Notes: generated from the sequence alone by a model not told the origin. A DNA stretch of 64,000 nucleotides from Cyanobacteria bacterium J06626_4 (GCA_038523235.1 JBCBJQ010000004.1:85249-149248); one strand, 5' to 3'; positions 1-9,868 are shown, counted from the first letter of the stretch. Translations and numbers: made by a program.

Positions 1-1
1 A

Positions 2-103
2 GAAAAGCACACAGGCGTTGAAATGGCTGAAATCTATTGGCACTTCGTCGATGTCGTCTGGATCGTATTGTTCTCGATCATCTATTTGCTGACGCTAATT
101 TAG
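2..103 (+). CDS. ctaE: Cytochrome c oxidase subunit III, 3' end only (partial at window edge)
   Basis: Manual translation from base 2: EKHTGVEMAEIYWHFVDVVWIVLFSIIYLLTLI*. YWHFVDVVW is the subunit III C-terminal signature. Confidence 0.9.
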   Translation, partial: EKHTGVEMAEIYWHFVDVVWIVLFSIIYLLTLI

Positions 104-157
104 TTTCAGTCCCATTCGATTTCTTGGGTCAAGGCAAGGCCGATTAATCATCTGTGT

Positions 158-200
158 GGCTTCGGCGAAATAACATTTTGCCGAAGCCTTTTTTATTTTT
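158..200 (+). terminator. Intrinsic terminator after ctaE
   Basis: GGCTTCGGCGAAA...TTTTGCCGAAGCC stem followed by a T-rich tract. Confidence 0.85.
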
Positions 201-367
201 CGGGCTGCAGAATCTGTAGCAGAGGCTAGAAAGGTGAAGGTTTCAAGGTGCAGGGAAGGGCCCTGCCGCCAGTATCCGGCGATTAAAAGGGTCTAAATCT
301 GACTGCGGCTCGCTATATAAGGTAGGGAAGCGGATACTGTTAAGAAGCTGGATGTTTCTGAATTCTG

Positions 368-622
368 CTATCTCTGCATTGTTTGAAGATTGTCAAGAAT
401 AGGGATGATCAGGTTAAAACCGGAACGTTGCCTTCTCACTCGTTCGGTATTGATTAGGGTCGTGTACTTACCGCCGCCGATCGCCACCTGAGCGGTATGG
501 TTGTAAAGCTCCGCATTGGCTCCCCCAACATAAAGACCAGGCAAGGCCCAAGCGCTCGGCACCTAGCCAAAGACTAGGGCAATCGCGAACAAAACCAGTA
601 AACAACTTTGCCAGCGTCTCAT
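368..622 (-). pseudogene. Degenerate 5' remnant of a secreted, DUF2330-like gene
   Basis: ATG at 622 reads MRRWQSCLLVLFAIALVFG*VPSAWA-LPGLYVGGANAELYNHTAQVAI: a signal peptide broken by an in-frame TAG (565-563). The mature start resembles the FCGFYV..A...LYN...QV N-terminus I recall for DUF2330 proteins. Confidence 0.5.
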
Positions 623-673
623 CAGTATGCCTTAGCCGTAAGGATCATCAGAATGCTGATCAACCAGCGGTGT

Positions 674-2896
674 CTAAAACTCAACTGGCGTAACCACTGG
701 AATCCGCTCCACCTTTTCAGAGGCCGGATCATACTGACCATTCTCTTCTACATCTAAGATGTCTTCTCGCTGTTGAGCGGTTGTCAGCGCGACGTCGGCA
801 CCATTGATAACAGCCCCCAAGACCCGAACATCTTCTTTCTCTTCGAGTTCTTCTAGCATGGCCTTTAACACTGGCTTTTTCGTATAGTTGGGGCGACTCA
901 CAATCACCATGCCATCAGTTTTGGGCTCCAGCAAAATGGCATCATTGCTACCGACAAAGTGAGGTGCATCGAACACTACAAAGTCGAATCTCGCTTTCGC
1001 ATCCTGAAGAAACCGGGACATTTCGCTGGAATCAAGGATTGCCGCCGGATTGCTCTGAGGCCCAGGACTGGGTGTGATGTAGAGGTTGGCCACATAGGGC
1101 ACCATCTTGAGCGGCTCCGAAAGCCGCCCACCGTAATAGCGCAGCGGTTCAAGCGTCGATTCATGGTCAGGCTGCACTCCCAGTCGAGCGGCCTGAGAGC
1201 CCCTTCTGAAGTCCATTTCGACAATCAATGTGCGACGTCCAGCCCGCGCAGAGGCGATACCCAAGTTGTAAGCTGTGGTGGTTTTGCCTTCTTGGACAGA
1301 ACTACTGGTGACCAGAACAGTTTTGGGGACCTGCCCTTCATTGATCGTCAGACCAGAAATTTGAATGTTGCTGCGCAAGCGTTCATAAATATCCGCACAG
1401 GGATGGTTCGCATCCGTCATAAGCACTGGATAGCTACGCCGCGGGTTGGTGGCAGGCACAATTCCTAGTAAAGGAATATCTTGATCGTCGAACAGATTTT
1501 CGAGATCCTCGAAAATCCGAATCGTTGGATCAAGCATATCGAGTAGATACACAATGCCACCACCCAGTCCTAAGCCCACCAGTGAACCAATGAGTAAAAT
1601 CACAATGGGGTTCGTTGGGGTTTCAACCGGCAAGGGTGAGGTAGACGGCGGACTGGCTACAGATAAGCTGCTGACCGTTTCGGCTTCAGCGGCTTCAGCG
1701 TCAATTCGCTTGGCTTGTACCTGGTCATATAAGGCTCGTTTTAACGCCACCTGCTGAGCTAAGCGATCGCGCTCTAGCTGTTTGTTCGGTAAGCGAGCAT
1801 AGGCCTCTCGCAGCTGCACTTCTGACTGTTGCAGCACTTGCTGCTGCGTAATCAAAGCATCACGTTGGGTATCCAGCCCCACCAGTTGGTCAGCTAATGC
1901 TGCCCTAGCCGGATCTAAATTGCTGTTTTGACGGACGGCATTAGCGCTGGGCAGGGCCGCCAACCGGCCGCCGCCGCCGATGAGTTCAGCGGCTCGTTCG
2001 CTCAGCTGTTGGTTAAAGACACTTAAATTATTCTGCAGCTCAATCATGGTGGGATGAGCCGGGCGCAAATCTTTGGACAAGATTTGCAATTGCGATTCGA
2101 CATCATAAATTTGGGCTCGCAGTTGAGCCAGAATGGGGTCGGCGCTTAAGGCTGATGACGCGTAAGCGGCCTCAGGAGAGAGTCCCAATCGTGCCTGCAG
2201 GTTTTGCATTTGAGCATCAATGCCTGCCAGCGTAATCAGATTTTGCCGCCGTTGATTTTGGCTGCTTGAGATGGCGGTTAGCAAACTGCCATCCAGTGCG
2301 GCTTGAATGGCTGGCCCTTCCAAGCGATCGTAGGCTTCCAGCGCCTGTTCTGCTTCTCTGAGTTCAGTCTCAATATCAGGCAATCGCTCATTTAAGGCCG
2401 ATACGATTGTACCTAAACGAGCCCGGTTAGTTACCCGACTCAGCTCTACCATGCCCTGAAACAAAACCGATAAGACCGCTTCAGCTTCTTCCGGGTCGCC
2501 AGCAGTGTATCCCACGTTTACGCTCTGTAGGGCACCGCCTTCTTCCCCGGCCGTTTTAATATTGATATTAGTATTTTCCCGGATTTGGTTCGGCGCTATT
2601 TCGAGCCCTCCGGCAGCTAACTGGGTCGCTACTTGCTCCAGCAAAATATCGGCTAATAAAAAATCTCTAGTGATAATTCCTTGACCTTGCTGCTGCAGCT
2701 CGACCCCAGTGGTGGTAAACGAAACCACTGGGGTATTTTGCACCAAGACCCCTTCTGACTTGAATTTCTCTTCGATCGTCGGCTCCTGCAAGGCAAAGAG
2801 ACTTGAGACCCCTACAGTGCCTAGAAAAGCGGCTAGCCCTACCCATTTGTATCTTTTGAGAGCTAGACCATACCGTTTGAGGAGAGGCATTACCAT
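674..2896 (-). CDS. Polysaccharide co-polymerase / BY-kinase (Wzc/GumC family)
   Basis: N-terminal TM, long coiled coil, second TM, then P-loop SSSVQEGKTT, VEMDFRR and VVFDAP motifs; next to a Wza-like gene. Confidence 0.88.
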   Translation of the reverse strand: MVMPLLKRYGLALKRYKWVGLAAFLGTVGVSSLFALQEPTIEEKFKSEGVLVQNTPVVSFTTTGVELQQQGQGIITRDFLLADILLEQVATQLAAGGLEIAPNQIRENTNINIKTAGEEGGALQSVNVGYTAGDPEEAEAVLSVLFQGMVELSRVTNRARLGTIVSALNERLPDIETELREAEQALEAYDRLEGPAIQAALDGSLLTAISSSQNQRRQNLITLAGIDAQMQNLQARLGLSPEAAYASSALSADPILAQLRAQIYDVESQLQILSKDLRPAHPTMIELQNNLSVFNQQLSERAAELIGGGGRLAALPSANAVRQNSNLDPARAALADQLVGLDTQRDALITQQQVLQQSEVQLREAYARLPNKQLERDRLAQQVALKRALYDQVQAKRIDAEAAEAETVSSLSVASPPSTSPLPVETPTNPIVILLIGSLVGLGLGGGIVYLLDMLDPTIRIFEDLENLFDDQDIPLLGIVPATNPRRSYPVLMTDANHPCADIYERLRSNIQISGLTINEGQVPKTVLVTSSSVQEGKTTTAYNLGIASARAGRRTLIVEMDFRRGSQAARLGVQPDHESTLEPLRYYGGRLSEPLKMVPYVANLYITPSPGPQSNPAAILDSSEMSRFLQDAKARFDFVVFDAPHFVGSNDAILLEPKTDGMVIVSRPNYTKKPVLKAMLEELEEKEDVRVLGAVINGADVALTTAQQREDILDVEENGQYDPASEKVERIPVVTPVEF

Positions 2897-2964
2897 GACT
2901 ACGACCGCAAGATAGAAGGGGCAACAATTTTAGACGAACGTCAGAACTCGACTAAGGCTCATCG

Positions 2965-4416
2965 TTAGGGGCCAAATAAGCTCTCGCTGGAATTGGCTAA
3001 CTCGTCAAAGAAGAGTAGAAACCCTAGAACATCCCTGAATGGCTGAGTAAAGGTGTTTAAAGCATAGGTCAATTTAGCGAGCACTGTGCGGTTAACGATG
3101 ATTACATCATTCTCCTGCAGCGGTGGGTTTTCCGAGGGAATACCGCGAAACGCTTCGTTGCCATCCAGCGTAGTTGTGACCGCACGACCCGCCTCTTCAT
3201 CAAATCGAATCAACGCCACCTCACCCAGGTTGGAAGTGTCGGGATTCAAACTGGCTCGAACCAGCGCATCGGCAAACCGACTGCCGTTAGGCAGGTCGAT
3301 CGCGGTGAGTGAGCCAGAAGTTGCCCCGCCTAGATTGCCGCTGCCGTAGTTCAAAAAACGAACGGTAATGATTGGTGTCGCCAGGGTGGAGCGCGATACC
3401 AACTCTCGATCATAGTCGTCTAAAGCTGCTGGGTCGAGCCGTTCTACCAAGATTACATCACCATCTTGTAACGCCACGTTCGGCAGTTCTTGCCCTTCCT
3501 TTAGAGGAGTGAAAAGGTCAATGGTTTGTTCCAAAAGCTGCCCGTTGGGTAAGCGCCGTTGCACCAAAACTGAGCGCAAGTCGGCGGTTCCAGTTGTGCC
3601 ACCGGCAGTCAACAGTGCCGCCGAAATTTGTGGCGCCCCTAATGGGTAATAACCTGGCCGCACAACTTCGCCTAAAATCGTCACCTCGACGCCTCGCTGC
3701 GCTACCAGCGTCACACTCACGTCGGGATCGACGACGTACTGGTTATAGATTTGGCTAATTAGACTTTCGGTTTCTTGTATGGTCAGTCCGTTAAACGTAG
3801 TCACGCCTTGCAGCGGCACGATCACATTGCCTTGGATATCCAGCGTGGCCTGAAAGCTCAAGTCAGGAAATTGACGGACATTGACGAAAAATGAGTCGCC
3901 TGGTCCCAGTCGGTAGGTATCAAAATCAGGCGGTTGTTGTGTGCCCAGGAGGCTGTCTAAAAATGGGTTGGCGGTGGGTGACTGCGGTGGTACTGTCGGT
4001 ACCTGGGTGGGATTGGCACGCGGTAAAGGCGCTGTGTAGTCAGGATCAGGTGTCAGCTCAGCAGTGGGCGTTAGGTGAGGCTCAACGTCAGCGGGCGCTG
4101 ATTGCTCTATGACCGGAGCAGGCGGTTCATCGGCGAGCTGTAGCGGTACCGATTCCGCAAGGTCAGATGATTCTGTTGGAGATAATAAATTTTGCTCCGA
4201 AGCTGAGTAGTGGTCTAGGGGCGAATCGGCTTCAGCAATCTGCTCCGGCACCGTCGAGAGCAAAGCATCCTCTACAGGTGCATCAGTCATCGCCCCGATC
4301 GCGGCGGTGGCTCCCAGGCAAACCAAGGCAGCAGCAGTGGCCCCTGAACTGGTGTAGTGACCCAGCCTCAGCCATTGAACATGAAACTTCGAGTCCTTCG
4401 CAGGCATATCAATCAT
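2965..4416 (-). CDS. Polysaccharide export protein (Wza/Poly_export plus SLBB domains)
   Basis: YRLGPGD, G.V..PG.Y and LQDGDVI motifs; acidic Pro-rich N-terminal linker. Confidence 0.9.
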   Translation of the reverse strand: MIDMPAKDSKFHVQWLRLGHYTSSGATAAALVCLGATAAIGAMTDAPVEDALLSTVPEQIAEADSPLDHYSASEQNLLSPTESSDLAESVPLQLADEPPAPVIEQSAPADVEPHLTPTAELTPDPDYTAPLPRANPTQVPTVPPQSPTANPFLDSLLGTQQPPDFDTYRLGPGDSFFVNVRQFPDLSFQATLDIQGNVIVPLQGVTTFNGLTIQETESLISQIYNQYVVDPDVSVTLVAQRGVEVTILGEVVRPGYYPLGAPQISAALLTAGGTTGTADLRSVLVQRRLPNGQLLEQTIDLFTPLKEGQELPNVALQDGDVILVERLDPAALDDYDRELVSRSTLATPIITVRFLNYGSGNLGGATSGSLTAIDLPNGSRFADALVRASLNPDTSNLGEVALIRFDEEAGRAVTTTLDGNEAFRGIPSENPPLQENDVIIVNRTVLAKLTYALNTFTQPFRDVLGFLLFFDELANSSESLFGP

Positions 4417-4555
4417 GATTGACGGATCAAAATCACTGTGAAGTCAAACAACAAACGCCATCGCCCCATTTAAGCACAGTGACTTCTTATCTCTATTTTC
4501 AGCGTCACCGCAAATGGTCGGGATGCTCTGTGTGCAATCTAGCCGATCGTCCTAT

Positions 4556-5278
4556 TTATTCGGTGATCAAAGCAGACTCAAGTAAGCTCTGCTGGACTGT
4601 TTCGGCGATGGCCGTCATCTGCTCGGTGTGGACGCGGATATCACCCACTGGCTCAATCGGGAGCAAAATGCTGACTGCGACCCAGGGCATCCGCTCTCGC
4701 TGCTGCCACTGCTGCCTTTGATCAGCCCAAAACCACTTGCCCGGAGCATAATGTCCGCCAGTGGGCCAGGCATACCACTGCATAACAGCAAAGGTATTTC
4801 TACCATCAAGCGCTCGAAAGTATTGAGTTGTGATCTTGACCGGCTGCCCCTCAGCGGGCACTGAAAATCGCACCACCTGCCGGTCGTTGATTTGCCAGCT
4901 CTGAGAGCCTTGCATATCGACCCATTCCACTTCAGGCTGTTGATCCGCAGACATTTGCGGCCGCATTAACAAGCCAAATGTCGAACCAGGTCCCTCTGTC
5001 CCACCACTGGCCAGCTGATACTCAGCCAGACTCCAAGGACGGCGACCAATGCGCACTTCTTGGTGTGAAGACGACTCCCAACCCGGTAGCGTTAGCGGCG
5101 CTTTGAGGAGGGATTTGATCTCAGTGGTGTCAGCAACTGGCAGTGGCGTGCTCCACGGCCACTGCCCGCCGATGTAACCGGGTAAGGTGACCATCGCGAC
5201 TAGCGCTGCGAGCATGATCACGAGAACCCACTGAACCACGGACTTAGGCGTAGAAATTCGCTTCACAGCTTCTGACAT
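4556..5278 (-). CDS. Cyanoexosortase B system-associated protein
   Basis: N-terminal TM, PGY..G.WPW, QPEVEW.D and QWYAWP.GG motifs; directly downstream of the exosortase. Confidence 0.8.
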   Translation of the reverse strand: MSEAVKRISTPKSVVQWVLVIMLAALVAMVTLPGYIGGQWPWSTPLPVADTTEIKSLLKAPLTLPGWESSSHQEVRIGRRPWSLAEYQLASGGTEGPGSTFGLLMRPQMSADQQPEVEWVDMQGSQSWQINDRQVVRFSVPAEGQPVKITTQYFRALDGRNTFAVMQWYAWPTGGHYAPGKWFWADQRQQWQQRERMPWVAVSILLPIEPVGDIRVHTEQMTAIAETVQQSLLESALITE

Positions 5279-5308
5279 GAGGGCGGTTTCCTGAACGATA
5301 GGTAACGT

Positions 5309-6211
5309 CTAAACAATTGACTGGTTATTGGTCGTAAAAGAGAACTGCTCCGGTACGTACTGTTGGATCAGGCGCAACACGAAAATAAGGGAGACGAGCA
5401 ATATGGCTGAATATAGATCGCCGCCCCAGCTATCATGCAGCCAGACAAAGGCAGCTTCATTGTCGGTACCGTGAAAGTAGCTCAACAGGGTGTTGCGAAT
5501 GATATTGCCCACAACGCTGACGCCCACCGTCGCGGCCAAAAAGATGCTGGTTCTGAGACGGGAAGGCCAAACTCGATTCCAGTAAATCAGCATTAGGGCT
5601 ACGTAGAGACTGGTAAATAGCATCTTGAGGCCAGCGCAGTGGGGCGCGACTTCGACCATACGATCGTTCACTAGCAGATAGATTTGATCGACCGTCACAT
5701 CAACCCCCCCTTGCATTAATAAAAAACCGGCTACGGTAGCGATAAAGCGCTGTAGTGGCAGGATGTAGGGCTCGATCAAATAAGGGAGCTGACTGGGTGT
5801 TGCAAGCACGACTAAGGCTAGCGGAAAGCCCATCAGTTTTAAGCCCGGCAAACCTTTGAGGCTGAGACAGAGACCGGCCAGCATCAGCGGCAACGAAATA
5901 TTCATCCAATCGGATAGCTGACTCAGATAAAGAGCGCTACCCAAGGCCAGCAGTCCGAAGCCAGCTGGGTGAAATTGCTCAGGGAGTCGTTGCCATTGCG
6001 GACGTTGGCTCCAGGCGATGTAAGCTGCGAACGGCAGACCGATCATGCCATGACTGAAATACTCGTGCTGAATGCTAATCGATTTGTTGAGCCAGCCCTC
6101 AACCCAATGCCACAGCAACGGGCCATACATCAAGACCAATAAGCCGATCAGAGCTATCGATGGGGGTGACAGCGATAAACGGTTTTTAGAGGATGGAATA
6201 CTGATAGACAT
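5309..6211 (-). CDS. crtB: Cyanoexosortase B (exosortase-family transpeptidase; symbol unrelated to phytoene synthase)
   Basis: Multi-TM protein with HEYFSHG and the Cys/Arg/His catalytic motifs VAPHCAG, NIIR and WLHD. Confidence 0.88.
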   Translation of the reverse strand: MSISIPSSKNRLSLSPPSIALIGLLVLMYGPLLWHWVEGWLNKSISIQHEYFSHGMIGLPFAAYIAWSQRPQWQRLPEQFHPAGFGLLALGSALYLSQLSDWMNISLPLMLAGLCLSLKGLPGLKLMGFPLALVVLATPSQLPYLIEPYILPLQRFIATVAGFLLMQGGVDVTVDQIYLLVNDRMVEVAPHCAGLKMLFTSLYVALMLIYWNRVWPSRLRTSIFLAATVGVSVVGNIIRNTLLSYFHGTDNEAAFVWLHDSWGGDLYSAILLVSLIFVLRLIQQYVPEQFSFTTNNQSIV

Positions 6212-6215
6212 AAAT

Positions 6216-7403
6216 TTATTGAGGTTGCAGAGCAGTGGCAGTTTCTTCGCAGATGGGCTCTTGACGAACAGCCTGGGAGATCGAGCTGATCACCCAGTCG
6301 GCTTGTTCAGTCGTCATGCCGGGATACATGGGTAGAGACAAAATCTCCTGGCAGAGGGCTTCTGACTGCGGGAAAGACCCCGGCTGGTAGTTCAAAAACT
6401 GGAAGGCGGGCTGCAAGTGACAGGGTACTGGGTAGTGAATGCCACTCTGAATCTGATGCTCCTGTAGGACTAGCTGTAGGGCTGTCCGGTCGATGGGACA
6501 GTCTTCGGTGATGCGAATGACGTAGAGATGGTAGACATGACCCGCGCCGCTATCATTGCGCATCGGAATAATGCCAAACTCTCGCAAGGCCAGCAACTGC
6601 TGGTCGTAATGCTGCGCAATCTGATTGCGAGCTTGGTTCCACCCTAGTAGCCGCGGGAGCTTAAGATTCAACACTGACGCCTGCAGCGTATCGAGGCGGC
6701 TGTTAGTGCCCCCTGGCTCGGTATGAAAATATTTGCGGACGGCTCCATAGTTACGCAGCGATCGCGTCGTTTGGGCCACCAGTTCCTCCTGGGTGAGGAG
6801 GATGCCGCCATCGCCAATAGCGCCTAAATTTTTGCTGGGATAAAAACTAAAGGCGGCAGCAGTGCCGACAGCCCCGGCTCGGATGCCTTCACGCTCGGCT
6901 AGATGAGCTTGGGCCGCATCCTCAAAAATCAATAAATCATGTGCTGTGGCCAGCTGCCGAAGGCCACTCGGCGACACCATCTGACCATATAAATGAACTG
7001 GGACAATGGCGCGAGTCTTGGCGGTGATTGCCGCTGCTGCGGCATCCAGATCAATCAGCGCCGTATGGCGATTGCAATCCACAAATATGGGTGTGGCCCC
7101 GCTGCGCAAAATACCGATGAGCGTGGCCACAAAGGTATTCGCCGGTAATAAAACCTCATCCCCTGGGCCGATGCCACAGGCGGCTAGGCCTAAGGCGATC
7201 GCATCAGTGCCACACCCGACCCCAACTCCGTAGGCTGCTCCGGTGGCTTCCGCAAATGCCGTTTCAAACGCTTTGACGGCACCCCCTAAAACGAAGTCGC
7301 CTCGTTCTAAAACTGCTGTGAGGGCGGCATGAATATCGTCTTGAATTGGTTCATGCTGCCAGGTGAGATCAACAAAGGGAACCTTAGGGACAGATTGCGT
7401 CAT
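6216..7403 (-). CDS. DegT/DnrJ/EryC1/StrS nucleotide-sugar aminotransferase
   Basis: EDAAQAH, FSFYPSKNLG (PLP lysine), NSRLD and LSLPMYP motifs. ATG at 7403 preferred over TTG at 7427. Confidence 0.92.
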   Translation of the reverse strand: MTQSVPKVPFVDLTWQHEPIQDDIHAALTAVLERGDFVLGGAVKAFETAFAEATGAAYGVGVGCGTDAIALGLAACGIGPGDEVLLPANTFVATLIGILRSGATPIFVDCNRHTALIDLDAAAAAITAKTRAIVPVHLYGQMVSPSGLRQLATAHDLLIFEDAAQAHLAEREGIRAGAVGTAAAFSFYPSKNLGAIGDGGILLTQEELVAQTTRSLRNYGAVRKYFHTEPGGTNSRLDTLQASVLNLKLPRLLGWNQARNQIAQHYDQQLLALREFGIIPMRNDSGAGHVYHLYVIRITEDCPIDRTALQLVLQEHQIQSGIHYPVPCHLQPAFQFLNYQPGSFPQSEALCQEILSLPMYPGMTTEQADWVISSISQAVRQEPICEETATALQPQ

Positions 7404-7765
7404 AGGAGTGTCGGTGTTAAAGGACAAAATTTATGGCAGGTTCTCTTGTTGAGTGGAAGATTTCGGAGCTCAGGTCGGGCTCCTGTCAATCAAACACAGC
7501 GATTGTTGGCTTAAACGGGCTTCACGCCTTCTGAATCAGAAATGTGAGGCTCATCTTTGATTGATACTAGGCAGCATCTCAAGAGACGTGTGCCCTGCGA
7601 TAATGGTTTCGCAGTTTCATTACAGAGTTTGGGGTTTACTTGATACAGTCTCTATAAATACGAGTAAATCCCTACCGATTTAACCGATTTATTTGGCTTT
7701 AGGGTGCCCGGAGCTACCCCAATCGCAACAGCATTGCTCGTGTCTTCTCTGTAGGTCTCGCTGCT

Positions 7766-8101
7766 ATGGACTTTGATACCGCTCGTCGGTTTTTGTTAGC
7801 CCAAACAATTGCTCCAGTGCCGGGGCAGACCCCCTTTTTAAATTGCTTGCAGATGGGGGTGGCGCCAGTCCCAGGGCAAGTCACCTCAATTTTATTAGCC
7901 CTTAAAACCGTGGCTCAAACGCTACAAGGTGAGCCCAGTATTGAGCGATCGCTGGGCTTTGCCTTGTTCCTCTTGGCTTACGAAAGCCGCCAGCTGTATT
8001 TACAAGGTCAAACGAAGAATGTGGATTGGCCGCCGTTACTCGACGAAGACTTAACGCGCATTGCCGAAGCCGTCCGCCAGATCTGGGCCAGCGCCGCTTG
8101 A
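7766..8101 (+). CDS. Conserved cyanobacterial hypothetical protein
   Basis: 111-aa ORF with P.PGQVTSILLALK and WPPLLDEDL.RIA motifs that I recognise from cyanobacterial hypotheticals; no P-loop. Confidence 0.7.
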   Translation: MDFDTARRFLLAQTIAPVPGQTPFLNCLQMGVAPVPGQVTSILLALKTVAQTLQGEPSIERSLGFALFLLAYESRQLYLQGQTKNVDWPPLLDEDLTRIAEAVRQIWASAA

Positions 8102-8208
8102 TAACGAACGACGGACGCTTGTCAGTCGCATGGCTAGCGGCCACAGTTGTCAGGTAGCCCGTTAAAGATTGTGATTAGTGCCGCGTGTTTCAACGCTGGC
8201 AACAATCT

Positions 8209-8240
8209 GAAAAAAGGGACGCACTTTACAGTACGTCCCT
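8209..8240 (-). terminator. Intrinsic terminator after the peroxiredoxin gene
   Basis: AGGGACG...CGTCCCT stem with an adjacent A-run (U-tract on the minus strand). Confidence 0.7.
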
Positions 8241-8272
8241 ATCAATAAACCGGTATGGTTCCTCAGGTCAAA

Positions 8273-8908
8273 CTACTTATCAGGCTGAGGCGTCATGCGT
8301 AGGTAGGGCTTAACCTCAGTCACGCCCTTAGGAAACTTCTTCTTCGCTTCCTCAGTGGGAATAGTGGGCGAAACCACCACGTCTTCGCCATCTTTCCAGT
8401 TGACGGGAGTTGCGACACTGTAGTTGTCAGTCAGCTGTAGTGAATCGAGCACTCTGAGGATTTCCTGGAAGTTACGTCCGGTGCTAGGCGGATAGGTAAT
8501 CGTCAAACGCAGTTTGCGGTTAGGGTCAATCACAAAAACTGTGCGGACGGTGACCTTGGCATTGGCATTGGGGTGAATCATGCCATACAGGTCAGATACT
8601 TTTTTGTCTTCGTCAGCCACGATGGGATAGTTGACGGTAGTACCTTGGGTTTCGTCAATATCGCCAATCCAACCTTTATGAGATTCGGCCCCATCAACAC
8701 TCAGCGCGATCACCTTGGCGTTACGCTGCTCAAACTCGCCCTTAAGCTTAGCAACTTCGCCCAGCTCGGTCGTGCATACCGGGGTGTAATCAGCCGGGTG
8801 TGAGAAAAATACTACCCAGTTATCACCCGCCCAGTCGTAGAAATTAATTTCACCCTCGGAGGTTTGTTGGGTGAAATTGGGTGCGGTATCGCCCAATTGC
8901 AGCGTCAT
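8273..8908 (-). CDS. 1-Cys peroxiredoxin (Prx6)
   Basis: FSHPADYTPVCTTE motif; probable start MTLQLGD at 8908. Confidence 0.95.
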   Translation of the reverse strand: MTLQLGDTAPNFTQQTSEGEINFYDWAGDNWVVFFSHPADYTPVCTTELGEVAKLKGEFEQRNAKVIALSVDGAESHKGWIGDIDETQGTTVNYPIVADEDKKVSDLYGMIHPNANAKVTVRTVFVIDPNRKLRLTITYPPSTGRNFQEILRVLDSLQLTDNYSVATPVNWKDGEDVVVSPTIPTEEAKKKFPKGVTEVKPYLRMTPQPDK

Positions 8909-9130
8909 AAGAAATTCTCTCTGAATCTGATAAGTCAACACGTGGCTACGGTCGCCACGCTTGCTATCTTGCCATAAACCCCGGTATTCCGGTCGGAGTT
9001 TAGAGGTTTATTTAAAAAACGACACTGGTTGCAGATTGCGTGCTCTTAGAAAAGTCATTCCATGGCTTGCTGTATAGGCGATCCACGGATTTTGTGAGTT
9101 CTCTGAAAGGTGAGCAAGACCCCGCCCTCA

Positions 9131-9868
9131 TCAGCCCACCTGAACTTCCGGTCGCGTCTTGATGGGCTCACCGGCATCGGCATCCAGTAGCCACCACAGT
9201 TCTCCCTCGGGCCGAATTTTGCGAGCTGGGAAGGTGTTATCTTCTGCCTCTGGGGCAAACACCTCGATCAGAGCTGTCTGTTTGTTGCGACCAGAAACCA
9301 TGAAAATCACGCAGCGGCTACGGTTAATCAGAGGCGCGGTAAAGGTCAGGCGCGGTTCGCCCGACTTTTCGCCAACGGTGATGAGGCGATCGCTGACTTG
9401 CAACGCTGCCGTATGGGGAAACAGCGAGGCCGTGTGCCCATCATCCCCCATGCCAAGGAGCACAATATCAAAGGCGGGGTGAGCGCTGTTGAGCGCTCGT
9501 TGCACCGTCTGGTCGTAAGTCTCAGCCGCATCAGCAACCTGCTCAAAGTGGGTCGGCATGATGTGGATCTGCTCGGTCGGAATCGCGACTCGATCTAGCC
9601 AGGCGGTTTTGGCCATACCGGCATTGCTGCTCGGATCGCTGACGGGGACATAGCGCTCGTCACCCCAAAAAATTTGCAGCTGGGCCCAGGGTAAATCAGC
9701 CTCAGCGAGTGCTTCATACAGTGGTTTTGGCGTGCTGCCGCCCGCTAGGGCGATCGCGCAGGTGCCACGCGCCGCGATCGCGGCCTGAATCCTCTCCTTA
9801 ACCAAATCAAGGGAGCGGTTTACGAGGGCCTGGCGGTCAGGGTAAATTTCGATCTGCAGTTGGGTCAT
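9131..9868 (-). CDS. pgl: 6-phosphogluconolactonase
   Basis: LAGGSTP, FWGDERYV and LGMGDDGHTASLFP motifs. Confidence 0.95.
   Translation of the reverse strand: MTQLQIEIYPDRQALVNRSLDLVKERIQAAIAARGTCAIALAGGSTPKPLYEALAEADLPWAQLQIFWGDERYVPVSDPSSNAGMAKTAWLDRVAIPTEQIHIMPTHFEQVADAAETYDQTVQRALNSAHPAFDIVLLGMGDDGHTASLFPHTAALQVSDRLITVGEKSGEPRLTFTAPLINRSRCVIFMVSGRNKQTALIEVFAPEAEDNTFPARKIRPEGELWWLLDADAGEPIKTRPEVQVG

Noticed and set aside
7664..7696. TAACCGATTTA shared with 24652-24662, upstream of two envelope-polysaccharide loci, as a common regulator site
   Set aside because: An AT-rich 11-mer match is expected by chance in this much sequence, and the repeat spacing differs (9 vs 10 bp)
7766..8101. 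Calling this ORF dethiobiotin synthetase, a label I recall on similar proteins
   Set aside because: Only 111 aa with no P-loop, so it cannot be BioD
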